Notes under the pieces: generated by a model
The model's database searches: none
Told to the model about the DNA's origin: nothing
Seen by the model: the letters and a program-made list of their open reading frames with translations, nothing else
Assembly: GCA_963719945.1 (NCBI GenBank)
Contig: CAVRDX010000001.1
Coordinates: forward strand, 128,001 to 192,000
Origin: an uncultured Thermoplasmata archaeon
GTDB lineage: Archaea > Thermoplasmatota > Thermoplasmata > UBA10834
Direction: 5' to 3'
DNA: 64,000 bases
Shown: positions 50,833 to 61,424 of the stretch, in pieces
How positions within the stretch are numbered: the stretch's first letter is position 1
Layout: each line of letters opens with the position of its first letter
Translations under genes and position numbers: made by a program

Positions 50833-52350
50833 CTAGACTATTCCGAACTTGACGAATATGTATACCATCAAAACAACTATCAATATCGCAGGGATCGTCA
50901 CCCTCATCCCTCCAATCGCTATGTCTCTTCTGGATACTATCCCCGTTGAGAATATCAGAGTGAATGGTGGAGTGCCTATCGGGGTCATGAACGATAGGGA
51001 TACGCATAATCCGCACACGAGAACTAGCAGCTTCGGGTCCACGCCGAGGGCCGAGGACATACCTATGAGTACTGGGGCCAGGATCGCTGCAGTGGCCGTG
51101 TTGCTCATGAAATTGGACAGTGCCACAGACACTCCTGCGATTATCAACATGATCACGATTATATGGAAACCATGAGTCACGTAGATTATCTGATCGGCCA
51201 TCCATCCGGCTGCTCCTGATACCTGGAGTCCTTCACCCAGGGCCAGACCCGCCCCGATTATCAGAAATATGTCCCATGAGATAGTGCGTGCATCCTGCCA
51301 ATCGAGGGTCCTCGTGGCGAACAGGATAACCACCGCTCCGAGTGCAACTATCGTCGCGCTCATAAAGCTCGCAGGGAATCCGAGCATCTCCCCTATGTTT
51401 GCGCCAACGACCCACAGGGCGACCGTAGGCAGGAAGATTCCCAGGGTCTTCTTCTCCCCAGCGCTCAAGCGCCCCATCTCCTTCAGCTCCTTGCTGACAG
51501 AGGATATGTCCAATGATTTGATCTTGATAGGGAACACCTTCTGGAGGAGCAACCAAGCGATGACTAGCAGAGCCATGCTCGTTGGCAGGCCGATCTTCAT
51601 CCAATCGACAAAGGTCCAAGTCATGCCGTCCTGTGCGAGCTGGGTCGCGAGCAGGGAGGATGCGACAGCGTTGGGAGCCGATCCCGTCACGGTGGCCATG
51701 CCACCAATCGCAGATCCGATGCCTATGCCAAGCAGGAAGAGCACAGAGAGCCGTCCCTTCTCCTCTCCTGCCTTTGATGCAAGGCCGAGCACGACTGGTA
51801 TGAGGAGCGCGACGGTCGCGGTATTTGAGATCCACATCGACAGGACGGCCGCTACGAGCATGAATGAGAAGAGTATCTTGTTTATCTCCCCTCCAAACTT
51901 CGAGACAATCGAATATGCGAGTCTCCGGTCCACACCATGCTTGCGGAAAGCCTCGGCCAATATCAGTCCGCCCATGAGCAGATATACGACTGGATCTGCA
52001 AAAGGGACCAACGCCTCGGTCGTGTGGAATATGCCATAGAACGTTAGCAGAACCGGGACCAGCAGCGCGGTCACCGGAAGCGGAAGAGCGCCGAATGTCC
52101 ATAGCATGGAAATGCAGACGAAGATTGCGAGTGCATACTGTATCTGCTGATCAACCGGAAGCGGCAGAATGGTCATCAGCAACAGCGCCACGAACGGTAG
52201 GATGAGCTTGATCGACCTCTGAACGATCTTCGGCAGCCTGCCGAAGGATTTGAAGAAAGATGGTGATAGCTCGACGATCTCCTGCCCGAAGAGCTCGAAG
52301 GTCCCTATGAAAGTCTTAAGAGGCTTCTTCTTCGGATATGGACCCTGCAT
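50833..52350 (-). CDS. DASS/SLC13 sodium-coupled anion symporter
   Basis: SMWISNTAT, TGSAPN, FMSNTAT and PIGTPP motifs. Confidence 0.93.
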   Translation of the reverse strand: MQGPYPKKKPLKTFIGTFELFGQEIVELSPSFFKSFGRLPKIVQRSIKLILPFVALLLMTILPLPVDQQIQYALAIFVCISMLWTFGALPLPVTALLVPVLLTFYGIFHTTEALVPFADPVVYLLMGGLILAEAFRKHGVDRRLAYSIVSKFGGEINKILFSFMLVAAVLSMWISNTATVALLIPVVLGLASKAGEEKGRLSVLFLLGIGIGSAIGGMATVTGSAPNAVASSLLATQLAQDGMTWTFVDWMKIGLPTSMALLVIAWLLLQKVFPIKIKSLDISSVSKELKEMGRLSAGEKKTLGIFLPTVALWVVGANIGEMLGFPASFMSATIVALGAVVILFATRTLDWQDARTISWDIFLIIGAGLALGEGLQVSGAAGWMADQIIYVTHGFHIIVIMLIIAGVSVALSNFMSNTATAAILAPVLIGMSSALGVDPKLLVLVCGLCVSLSFMTPIGTPPFTLIFSTGIVSRRDIAIGGMRVTIPAILIVVLMVYIFVKFGIV

Positions 52351-52426
52351 GGTAATTCTGCAATAGTCCTGTGGTTATTTGAAGGCACTGGACGGTCGGC
52401 CATTCACCAGATGTTACTCGATTTCC

Positions 52427-53749
52427 TCATACCCCGTGCTGTCTCATCGTGCAGAAGTACTTCAGGAGGATCTCGCCCCACCCGCTATCGGACACGAAAT
52501 CAAGCTCCAGCTGGTCGTATACTCGATAGAGGCTGTCCCAATTCACATCGTATATGCCTATCGACGGTGGGACGAATACAGCCATCCCTGACAGCCTATC
52601 TCTCGTTCTCCAGCTCTCCCAATGCTTCACGATGGCATCGTTTGCGGCGCTCACGATATCATTGCACAGAGACGCAACGACCGGATGTGAATCCTCAAGG
52701 GCCTCTGAGAGTTCTCCGAACATCCCTCGGATATCTGAGTTAAATCCGCAGCCCATATTGTTCTCCCACATGGCGATGAAATGCTGCTGCGCCGCAGTAT
52801 TGAACGGAGTGATCAATGTGCCGTCCTTGGGGAGAAGCTCGTCTGAGAGCGCAGCGAATGCAGTCCCAAGGCCGCTCATTTTCGAGAGGTCCATCACGGA
52901 TAGTGTGGCGAAATCCTGCATGTATGGATATAGGGTGGGATAGGTTCCAAGAGGCGCCGAGTACCAATCCTCGTAATCATCTACCATCTTGCACGCGAGC
53001 TCCAATGGCAGTATGCCCGAATCCTCCGACAACCCATCGAGGAGCGCTATATAGTTGAGCCCATCGAACGGGACTGCGATCTCAGAAGCGACCAGGTACG
53101 AAGCCTTGTCCCTGAGCTCGTAGGCCACCTCGACCGTTGCCAGTGTGCAGGCATCGAGATCGATTATGTCGAGCTTCTTCCCGGTCGCAGCCGTTGCCAT
53201 GTCAAGAGCTCTTCCGAGTCCATCGATGCTCATCCAGGGTCTACCTTCCTCACCCTCGTCTACGCAGATGCCGAGGTAGCCGAGGCCATGGTCTTGAACA
53301 ACGAGCATGTAGTGCTCGGCTTCGAGATACTCCGCGGTCATAAAGAACTCGATGAAATCAGACAGTGTCTCAGGATTGGATGAGTTAACGTCTCCCAGAT
53401 ATTCCCTCTCGACCCACCCTTCCTCGGTGACTGTGCTGATGTTGGCGGGAAGCTCCAACCTGTCGATGAATATCGCAAGAGAGACATCATCGCGGTTCCA
53501 GAGATTGTCGAGCCAGATGTCAAGGAAAGTATCCGTCATGCTATCTAAATTGTTGTCAGCAGCCCAATACATTCCAATGGTCCACGATTTCAGGGAGTCT
53601 CTCTCCTGTAGCTCTTGATCCTCAGAAACACTGGTTAGATAATCATCCATCGAAATCGATGCACATTGGGCAGGAGCACCTCCTGCCATGAAAGCTGTCG
53701 AGAACAATCCACACAAAGCAAACGCTAATGCTATCCCCCTGCCTATCAT
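52427..53749 (-). CDS. Clostripain-family (C11) cysteine peptidase, paralogue of 34714-36027
   Basis: WTIGMYWAADNNL, DHGLG and LDAC...EVAYEL motifs; shared PTLYPYMQDFA. Confidence 0.88.
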   Translation of the reverse strand: MIGRGIALAFALCGLFSTAFMAGGAPAQCASISMDDYLTSVSEDQELQERDSLKSWTIGMYWAADNNLDSMTDTFLDIWLDNLWNRDDVSLAIFIDRLELPANISTVTEEGWVEREYLGDVNSSNPETLSDFIEFFMTAEYLEAEHYMLVVQDHGLGYLGICVDEGEEGRPWMSIDGLGRALDMATAATGKKLDIIDLDACTLATVEVAYELRDKASYLVASEIAVPFDGLNYIALLDGLSEDSGILPLELACKMVDDYEDWYSAPLGTYPTLYPYMQDFATLSVMDLSKMSGLGTAFAALSDELLPKDGTLITPFNTAAQQHFIAMWENNMGCGFNSDIRGMFGELSEALEDSHPVVASLCNDIVSAANDAIVKHWESWRTRDRLSGMAVFVPPSIGIYDVNWDSLYRVYDQLELDFVSDSGWGEILLKYFCTMRQHGV

Positions 53750-53979
53750 GATTTTCCCCCCGATGCAAGATGAGAACCTCTGAAGTTCGTACATCTCGCA
53801 ATACCCGGAATGCATCAACGCTAGTTCAATGTTATCATGTCTCAATAGGGTCAGACATTTTTGTTCATATATGTCTGAGGAGGCCTGATCCACGATTCAT
53901 GCTCCTTGTTATCATGGCATATCCTGTGCGTTGGTATCCCCGAACTATTAATGTGCGAATGTGTACGTTACCTATCTCG

Positions 53980-55104
53980 ATGTTTCCCAAGCGAGTTGCA
54001 TCGTTGAAGGTGTCCGGGATAAGGAGGTTGTTCGAATCAGCGCCACCTGGCGCCATCAACCTCGGCCTTGGAGAGCCGGATGTTCAGCCACCACCTGAGA
54101 CGATCGAGGCGTTCAAGATGGCATTGGACGCTGGTCAGAACAAGTATGGGCCAAGCGCTGGAATCACGGAGCTACGGGAGTCGATAGCGAAGAGTCTCAA
54201 GCGCTTCAGGCACGATGTCACATTCGAGAACATAATCGTTACCGCGGGAGCGACCGAGGGTATGATGATCGCATGCGATACGATCATAGACGAGGGTGAC
54301 GAGGTCCTCGTACCCAACCCAGGGTTCATCGTCTACGGTCCGGACGTTGCGCTCGCTGGAGGTCGTCCGGTGGAATACTCGCTGACGCATGAGAACTCCT
54401 TCATGCCTGACATAGAGGAGATGAAATCCCTTGTGACACCTAGGACCAAGGCGATAATCGTGAACAGCCCCTCCAATCCCACCGGGACGGTGTTCCCCAA
54501 GGAATGCGTGAAGGCGATCTGCGATATTGCCACCGAACACGACCTCTACATCCTCTCAGACGAGGTGTATCACAATTTCGTCTATGATGGTGACCACTGG
54601 TCTTTTGCCCGTTTCCATGACGACACAATAATCATAGATTCGTTCTCGAAATCCTTGGCTGCAACCGGATGGCGGATCGGATATGTCGCGACTTCCAAGG
54701 AAATAGTCAAGCAGCTCTCGAAGGTTCAGTACTATGCGCTAGCGTGCCCATCGACGCCTACCCAATACGCTGTGCTCGAAGGGTTGAAGCACGGAGAACG
54801 GTTCAAGAAAGAGCTCCAGGATACCTTCAGGCGGAGGAGGGATATCGCTCTGAGGAAGTTGAGGGAGATACCCACATTCTCCACGACACCCATCGGAGGA
54901 GCGTTCTATGCGTTCCCGAAATACTCGCAGAACCTGTCATCGGATGATTTCGCCATGAGGATCCTCAAGGAAGGGGTCATATGCGCTCCGGGTAGCGCAT
55001 TCGGATCCTTGGGCGAGGGCCACCTGAGGTTCTCATACGCGAATTCTGAGGAGAACATTGAGAAAGGGCTGGAGATCGTGAAGCAGGTCGCGGCTTCCAT
55101 CTGA
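53980..55104 (+). CDS. PLP-dependent aminotransferase class I/II
   Basis: NLGLGEPD, NSPSNPTG, SDEVY and SFSKSLAATGWRIGY motifs. Confidence 0.94.
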   Translation: MFPKRVASLKVSGIRRLFESAPPGAINLGLGEPDVQPPPETIEAFKMALDAGQNKYGPSAGITELRESIAKSLKRFRHDVTFENIIVTAGATEGMMIACDTIIDEGDEVLVPNPGFIVYGPDVALAGGRPVEYSLTHENSFMPDIEEMKSLVTPRTKAIIVNSPSNPTGTVFPKECVKAICDIATEHDLYILSDEVYHNFVYDGDHWSFARFHDDTIIIDSFSKSLAATGWRIGYVATSKEIVKQLSKVQYYALACPSTPTQYAVLEGLKHGERFKKELQDTFRRRRDIALRKLREIPTFSTTPIGGAFYAFPKYSQNLSSDDFAMRILKEGVICAPGSAFGSLGEGHLRFSYANSEENIEKGLEIVKQVAASI

Positions 55105-55153
55105 ACCTGCCCAATTCCATAGATTTAAATGGACACCCATATCTTTAGGATTC

Positions 55154-56746
55154 ATGCCAGAGGAGGGCGCCAGCACTACCGCCACCCCTGATAGGCTAAT
55201 GAGTTCCAAGGCAGCCCTCTCGGTCTTGAATAGTGTCTTGGGCGCTGTCCTCGGAACGACGGCTCTCGTTTTCATAGCGAAGAACATGGGACCATCCGTC
55301 CTCGGCATACTTGGCTACGCGATGGCGTCCGTGGGCATCTTGAGCTTCTTATCCGACTTCGGAATGGGCTCGGTACACAGGACCCACATCAAGCATACAA
55401 TCGACACTGCAAAATGCATCGGGGCATATGCCGCGATACGACTGACGCTCCTGGCGATTTTCGCTGCCGTCACATTCTTCATGATTGAGCTGTGGAAGGA
55501 TGGATACATGGGCGCGGGCATGCCGACCGATCCATATGTTCTGACTCAACTCGTAGATTCAATGTACGTCTTCTTGGTCTATTACATCCTTCTCGGAATC
55601 AGTCAGATCGCGACTCACACATTCGACGCTTTGGATGCGAGTGCGAAGGTGCAGGTCCCAGCCATATTGGAGCTCATCGTTCGAGTTGTATTCGTGATCT
55701 ACGTGGCCACATCAGCGATGGGCAGCAGCTACAACGGTCCCGCTCTTCTGTCCGCAGCGTACGCTGCTGGAATGATCACATCTGTTTTGCTCGTGGCGTT
55801 GCTCATGCGTCGCTATCCTATCTCGATCCCGGACCGAATGATGATGATGAGCTACATCCGCTCGCTAATACCCGTCTTTGTAGTCTCGGCGACGATCATA
55901 CTTGACCTGTATCTCGATAAATGGATCGTTGGTTATTTCTGGGGAGAAGTGGAGCTGGGGCTCTATTTCGGCGTGCAGAGGATGGCTGTATTCGTAGGCG
56001 TCTTCTCGTTATCCGTGGCGACCCTCATTCTCCCGTCCGTCACGACATATTTCATAAAGAACGATGTCGGAGCGACCTGGGATGTCGTCAATCAGGCTGA
56101 GAGATATGTCTCATTGGTGGTCATCCCTACCGCTGCTTTCTACCTAGTCTTCGGTTCCGATATCCTGAGGATCTTCCTGACCGAGGAATTCTCCACAGCG
56201 ATCACCACGATGAACCTCCTTGTTCTCGCCGGTGCGGTTCTCGCATTGGTGCTCCCGCTCAGATCGGTCATTGCAGGGGTTGGAAAGCCCGTGACCCTGT
56301 TCATGGTCGGAATCAGTGGATTGCTGGTGCAGCTGGCACTGATGCTCATACTGGTCCCGAAGACGTTCCTGGGGATACCCATGATGGGGTTGAAAGGTAC
56401 CGGGGCCGGGCTCGCGCTGCTGGCGACCTCCATATTCTACTTCTTCACCCTCCGATACATGGCATGGCGAATAGGGAAGATACTCCCGAACTCTCGGTCG
56501 TTCAGACACCTGTTGAGCGCGATCGCAATGGTGGCGTCCATGTACGTCGTCAAATGGTTGTTGGTCCCCTCGATCGACTGGATATCTCTCATATTCCTTG
56601 CGATAATCGGTGCGATAAGCTATGGGTTCGCCGCATATCTCCTTGGCGAACTGGATTCCGATGACTACAGATACTTCAGGAAGATGCTCAATCCACAGGA
56701 CACGTATCAATACGTCATCAACGAGCTCCTGGGCAAGCGAGTTTGA
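55154..56746 (+). CDS. Oligosaccharide flippase (Wzx/MOP family)
   Basis: 12-14 TM helices; SDFG and DKWIVGYF...LGLY motifs; near glycosyltransferases. Confidence 0.85.
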   Translation: MPEEGASTTATPDRLMSSKAALSVLNSVLGAVLGTTALVFIAKNMGPSVLGILGYAMASVGILSFLSDFGMGSVHRTHIKHTIDTAKCIGAYAAIRLTLLAIFAAVTFFMIELWKDGYMGAGMPTDPYVLTQLVDSMYVFLVYYILLGISQIATHTFDALDASAKVQVPAILELIVRVVFVIYVATSAMGSSYNGPALLSAAYAAGMITSVLLVALLMRRYPISIPDRMMMMSYIRSLIPVFVVSATIILDLYLDKWIVGYFWGEVELGLYFGVQRMAVFVGVFSLSVATLILPSVTTYFIKNDVGATWDVVNQAERYVSLVVIPTAAFYLVFGSDILRIFLTEEFSTAITTMNLLVLAGAVLALVLPLRSVIAGVGKPVTLFMVGISGLLVQLALMLILVPKTFLGIPMMGLKGTGAGLALLATSIFYFFTLRYMAWRIGKILPNSRSFRHLLSAIAMVASMYVVKWLLVPSIDWISLIFLAIIGAISYGFAAYLLGELDSDDYRYFRKMLNPQDTYQYVINELLGKRV

Positions 56747-56797
56747 GCCTATCCGATTCTCTTATAGGCACCGACCATGATTACTGCGACGGTCAGG

Positions 56798-58069
56798 ATG
56801 GGCGAAGATACAATCATTGCGCACGCATCGGAGCTCCTCACACTGAGGGGACCAAAGAGGGCTAGGATACGTGCCGAGATGGCCGATCTATCCATTATCC
56901 CAGATGGAGCAGTAGTCGTGTCCGATGGTGTCATTATGGATGTCGGTCGCACGGAGACGATATTGAAGAAGCATGCTGCCAAAGGGATGGAGCTGATAGA
57001 TGCATCCAACAAGGTCGTCATGCCAGGCCTGGTCGATCCCCACACTCACCTCGTGTTCGCAGGATCGCGGGAGTTCGAACTCGCGCTGAAGCTGAAGGGG
57101 AAATCGTATCTGGAGATTCTATCGATGGGTGGCGGCATATCGCGTACCGTCAGAGACACCAGGGCTGCGTCAGAGAACGAGCTGTTCTCTCAATCTGCGA
57201 GACGGCTTGAGTCGATGATCGCTCACGGATCGACGACGATCGAGGCGAAATCCGGATACGGTCTTGATAGAGATGTGGAGCTACGCATCCTGGAGATCAC
57301 GCGCAAGCTCGATCAGAAATACCCCGTCGATATCGTTCCTACGTTCCTGGGTGCCCATTCCGTCCCATCCGAATTCGAAGGACGACCCGATGATTACATC
57401 TCATTCGTGGTCGATGATGTGATGCCCGAGGTCGCAAAGCGTTCTCTGGCCAAGTACTGCGATGTCTTCTGTGAACGTGGAGTGTTCGATGTGGATCAGT
57501 CGCGTCGGGTCCTTCTGGCAGCCAAAGCTCTTGGACTTGGACTCAAGGTCCATGCGGACGAGTTCGTGACCACGGGAGGTGCCGAGCTCGCAGCGGAATG
57601 CGGTGCGATCTCAGCCGAGCATCTCGCGAAACCCTCGGACGATGGAATCATGGCGATGGCCCGGAAGGACGTTATCGGGGTGATGCTGCCAGGCACTCCT
57701 TTCACATCGATGACCGGCATTTATGCGGATGCGCGGAGATTGATCGACCTGGGCCTTCCGATAGCTCTCGGCACGGATATGAACCCGAACTGCTGGAACG
57801 AATCTATGCAGTTCACAATGGCCCTTGCGTGTTATCAGATGCGAATGACTCCCGAGGAGTCCGTCACCGCCGCGACCTTCAATGCCGCAGCTGCGATAGG
57901 GCTCGAGAAGAAGATCGGGTCGCTGGAGCACGGGAAGAGGGCGGATATCGTGATGATGGATGTGCCATCATATGCTCATCTGCCCTACAGATTCGGCACC
58001 AACCTGTGCTCACTTGTGATGAAGAACGGCAAGGTCGTCTGGCAGAAGGATGATGGATTGCAGTCCTAG
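56798..58069 (+). CDS. hutI: Imidazolonepropionase
   Basis: PGLVDPHTHLVFAGSR, EAKSGYGL, TFLGAH, DVFCE, KVHADE and TDMNP motifs. Confidence 0.95.
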   Translation: MGEDTIIAHASELLTLRGPKRARIRAEMADLSIIPDGAVVVSDGVIMDVGRTETILKKHAAKGMELIDASNKVVMPGLVDPHTHLVFAGSREFELALKLKGKSYLEILSMGGGISRTVRDTRAASENELFSQSARRLESMIAHGSTTIEAKSGYGLDRDVELRILEITRKLDQKYPVDIVPTFLGAHSVPSEFEGRPDDYISFVVDDVMPEVAKRSLAKYCDVFCERGVFDVDQSRRVLLAAKALGLGLKVHADEFVTTGGAELAAECGAISAEHLAKPSDDGIMAMARKDVIGVMLPGTPFTSMTGIYADARRLIDLGLPIALGTDMNPNCWNESMQFTMALACYQMRMTPEESVTAATFNAAAAIGLEKKIGSLEHGKRADIVMMDVPSYAHLPYRFGTNLCSLVMKNGKVVWQKDDGLQS

Positions 58070-58527
58070 AACCTCAGGATTATTATCCCGAGCACGACGG
58101 TTCCGATGCCTATCCATTCCTTGATGCTCAGCTGTTCTCTGAGGAAGACCAGTGCAAGCATGGTCGTGAAGACTGCATTCGAAGTGGCGATGGCCGCGGT
58201 CGCTCCCGTTCCCATTTCTGAGTGCGACATCGCATAAACGAACGACAGCAGACCGATGCCCAGGCATATACCTGCAGCGAGAGGGAACACGATCTTGGTG
58301 TCGATAGATTCGTACTGACCCGTGAACCAGATGTATGCGAAGAGGGTGATTCCCAATGCACCCATCACCATCCACATTATCGCCGTGAACAGATTGGGAT
58401 CGATCGCCTTGTTCTTCTCACCGTAGCCTATCAGGAAGTTTGTTGTACCCCACAGTAAGAAAGTGCCTATCGCGAACATCAATGCATAGGTCGCCATCGT
58501 CTTCCTCTCCACGGAGCCATCGAGCAT
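58066..58527 (-). CDS. EamA/DMT-family transporter (single domain)
   Basis: Five TM helices; LALVFLREQLS..WIG. Start uncertain. Confidence 0.85.
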   Translation of the reverse strand: MLDGSVERKTMATYALMFAIGTFLLWGTTNFLIGYGEKNKAIDPNLFTAIMWMVMGALGITLFAYIWFTGQYESIDTKIVFPLAAGICLGIGLLSFVYAMSHSEMGTGATAAIATSNAVFTTMLALVFLREQLSIKEWIGIGTVVLGIIILRF

Positions 58528-58691
58528 CGGTTATCTATAAATACGTTTCTTGGAAGGAACTGGCCATCCTCGTTTCTTCGGTGCGATTGCGTTCAACTAG
58601 CTGGGTTATTTATTTATCCACGCAGACAGATGCTCGCGGCGCTGGGGTGCGCGACTAATTGCCCCCTGATCACTCTCAGGTTGGACTTCAA

Positions 58692-59738
58692 ATGGTATCG
58701 GTATGCATGCTCACTGAGCTCGAATCCTACAAGGGCATCATACCCTACAAGAACCCAGGCGGAATGGGAACGAACGCCCCGATGGTTGTGATGGAGCTGG
58801 AGAAGCTCGGATGCAGGGTCATTATGAACAAGCCGGAGGAGGACTATGACGTCCTTCACATACACAGCCCTCTGCCCAACTCATTTCTATGGGCGATCAA
58901 GAGAAGGATCTCCGGAAAGCCGCTTGTCGTACATGGCCGGCATCTGCCCGAGCTTATCAAGGGCGGATTCGTTGGTGGCTCGCTGTTCTATCCATTCGTT
59001 CGCATGTATTCTGTCCTCTTCTACAACATGGGCGATATTGTTCTGGGTGCGACGCCATATGTGGCCAAGTCCCTGTCCAGAGACGGAGTGAAGGGGCCAT
59101 TCAGGATCATCCCGAACGGGATCAACAGGGAAGTATTCGTGCGAGACTCTGAACGAGGTGCATCATTCAGAGATCGTTGGGGCATCAAGCCCGATGAGAA
59201 GCTGGTGGTCAGTGTTGGCTTGCGCATCCCCAGAAAAGGAGTCGACACTTTCATATCTATGTCCTCCCGGATGGCTCACAGACCTGATGTGAAGTTCGTA
59301 TGGGTGGGCGCGTCCGAGGTGCTCTTGGAGGATGCTCTCGTCGAGGGCTCCACTGGTCGAGTATCATTTGTCGGGCACATTCCATTTGAGGATATAGTAG
59401 GAGTCTACTCCGCCGCGGATGTGTTCGTGTTCCCCACCAGAGCCGAGAGTTATGGCAATGTAATGCTCGAGGCTGCCAGCTGCGGATGCCCGTTGCTGAT
59501 CCGAGACATTCCCGTCTACGAGGAATGGGTCAAGGATGGCACACACTGCCTGAAGGCCAGGACCGACGAGGAGTTCGTGTCGAAGCTGGAGCAGATTCTC
59601 GACGATCCGGCGCTGAGAGCGAGTATGGTGGCGGGCGCGAAGTCCCTTGCCGAAGAGCACGATATAAAGAAGTGCGCCAAGATGCTCAAAGCGATGTACG
59701 AGGAAATGGCTGAAGGAGGTATCCAGCCTGATAGGTGA
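58692..59738 (+). CDS. GT4-family glycosyltransferase
   Basis: IPNGI, RKG and DVFVFPTRAESYGNVMLEAASCG motifs. Confidence 0.93.
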   Translation: MVSVCMLTELESYKGIIPYKNPGGMGTNAPMVVMELEKLGCRVIMNKPEEDYDVLHIHSPLPNSFLWAIKRRISGKPLVVHGRHLPELIKGGFVGGSLFYPFVRMYSVLFYNMGDIVLGATPYVAKSLSRDGVKGPFRIIPNGINREVFVRDSERGASFRDRWGIKPDEKLVVSVGLRIPRKGVDTFISMSSRMAHRPDVKFVWVGASEVLLEDALVEGSTGRVSFVGHIPFEDIVGVYSAADVFVFPTRAESYGNVMLEAASCGCPLLIRDIPVYEEWVKDGTHCLKARTDEEFVSKLEQILDDPALRASMVAGAKSLAEEHDIKKCAKMLKAMYEEMAEGGIQPDR

Positions 59739-59778
59739 GGATATCATCAGCGCTTTCTCGTCCCTGGGCGATTCTGGG

Positions 59779-60324
59779 ATGCTCCTCGCCCTCGCATCGA
59801 TCATTTTGATAGATGGTACCGGTTTCCCGATGCTGCCAGAGATATGGACTGTCTTCATATTCGGCGCACATTCGAATTCCTTCGCATGGGGTGCCATGAT
59901 CGTCATCGTGTCGAGCATCTCCAGCCTATGCGGGAACTTCCTGCTATACTCACTCGTCAAATTCGCGAGATTGCCACATTGGATCGAGAAGAGGATGAAA
60001 CAATACACCGACTTCCTCATAGTGAAGGACGAGCGGCTTCTGTTATTGAATCGGCTCGCACCGGTCGTCCCGTATACTGGTGCGTTCATGGCAGTGTGTG
60101 GGTGGAACATAAGGAAATGCGCAGTCTACATATTCGTCGGAGCGATGGCAAAGGCATCGGTTGTGGTGGTTCTCTCTTGGCTCAGCTATGACAACCTGAG
60201 GGAGGACCTCGCCACATGGGTGGCCATCGCAGCTGTCATCATAGTCATCTCAGTGAGCATGGTAGCATCATTAATCTACAAGAGACGGCTTCGGCTGAAG
60301 GGGGAACCAATACGATCTCAGTGA
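59779..60324 (+). CDS. DedA/SNARE-associated-like membrane protein
   Basis: FPMLPE, GNFLLY and RLAPVVP motifs. Start may be upstream at CTG 59728. Confidence 0.65.
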   Translation: MLLALASIILIDGTGFPMLPEIWTVFIFGAHSNSFAWGAMIVIVSSISSLCGNFLLYSLVKFARLPHWIEKRMKQYTDFLIVKDERLLLLNRLAPVVPYTGAFMAVCGWNIRKCAVYIFVGAMAKASVVVVLSWLSYDNLREDLATWVAIAAVIIVISVSMVASLIYKRRLRLKGEPIRSQ

Positions 60325-61424
60325 TAGTCCCGACATACAATGAGCGGGACAATGTCGAGGAACTGGTCAGGAGGGTCAACGTTGCGTGCTCTTCCGCGGG
60401 CATCGAGGTCGAGATGGTCATTGTCGATGACAACAGCCCGGACGGCACCGGCGAGTTGGCCGAGGACCTTGGAAAGAAGTACAATGTCAAAGTACTGCAC
60501 CGCGCCGGCAAGCTCGGCCTCTCTACCGCTGTGATCGAGGGGTTCGGTGCAGCGAGCGGCCAGATGCTCGTGGTCATGGATGCAGATCTCAGCCATCCCC
60601 CGGAGAAGATACCGGCGATGGTGGCGAAACTGGTCGATGAGAATGCGGACATGGTCATCGGCAGCAGGTACGTCAAGGGTGGGATGGTAGAGAACTGGCC
60701 GTTCCATAGGCGCATGATATCCAAATGCGCCACTCTCCTGGCGAAGGGTCTGACCAAGGTGAAGGATCCGATGTCTGGCTTCTTCGCCATCAAGCGTGAA
60801 GTGATAGATGGGGTCGAGCTGAACCCTATTGGCTACAAGATCGCCCTCGAGATACTCGTCAAGGGGCGGATCAAGAATGTCGACGAGGTCCCTATCACAT
60901 TCGCCGATAGGAAGGCCGGCAAGAGCAAACTGGGGACTTCGGTCACCCTGAAGTACATCGACCATTGCATCAGGCTCTACGAGCACAAGAAACCCTGGCT
61001 CGCGAGGTACATCAAGTTCGCCTTCGTGGGCGGGATCGGCACGGTGATCAACCTTGCGATTCTGTGGGCCGGCGTCGAGCTGTTCATGCTTTACTATCTC
61101 CTGGCGGAGACCATCGCGTTCGTCGTGGCTGATACGAACAATTTCATATGGAACCGGTGGTGGACCTTCCGGTCAAAGGGCAAGATACGCATACAGTACC
61201 CTCAGTTCCTGCTGGTCAGTTTCGATGGCCTGATGCTGAACCTGATCCTTCTGTATCTCCTGGTGGAGAGTGTGTTCCCGGCGATCGGAGTCGGTGAGGA
61301 CAAGGCTAGCTTGTATCTACTGTTCGCCCAGGTGATAGTGATCTTCATTGTCAGCACATTCAACTTCTTCGCGAACTCCCTATGGACGTTCTCGAAGGAG
61401 ATGACATTCAAGCCTAAGGCTTGA
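60312..61424 (+). CDS. Polyprenol-phosphate mannosyltransferase-like GT2 fused to GtrA domain
   Basis: ISVIVPTYNE, VDDNSPDGT, MDADLSH, DPMSGFF and KFAFVG...NRWWTF motifs. Start uncertain. Confidence 0.92.
   Translation, partial: TISVIVPTYNERDNVEELVRRVNVACSSAGIEVEMVIVDDNSPDGTGELAEDLGKKYNVKVLHRAGKLGLSTAVIEGFGAASGQMLVVMDADLSHPPEKIPAMVAKLVDENADMVIGSRYVKGGMVENWPFHRRMISKCATLLAKGLTKVKDPMSGFFAIKREVIDGVELNPIGYKIALEILVKGRIKNVDEVPITFADRKAGKSKLGTSVTLKYIDHCIRLYEHKKPWLARYIKFAFVGGIGTVINLAILWAGVELFMLYYLLAETIAFVVADTNNFIWNRWWTFRSKGKIRIQYPQFLLVSFDGLMLNLILLYLLVESVFPAIGVGEDKASLYLLFAQVIVIFIVSTFNFFANSLWTFSKEMTFKPKA

Noticed and set aside
50813-51205. N-terminal extension of ORF 50471-51205
   Set aside because: It overlaps the DASS gene out of frame; the Rossmann motif and SD place the start at 50812.
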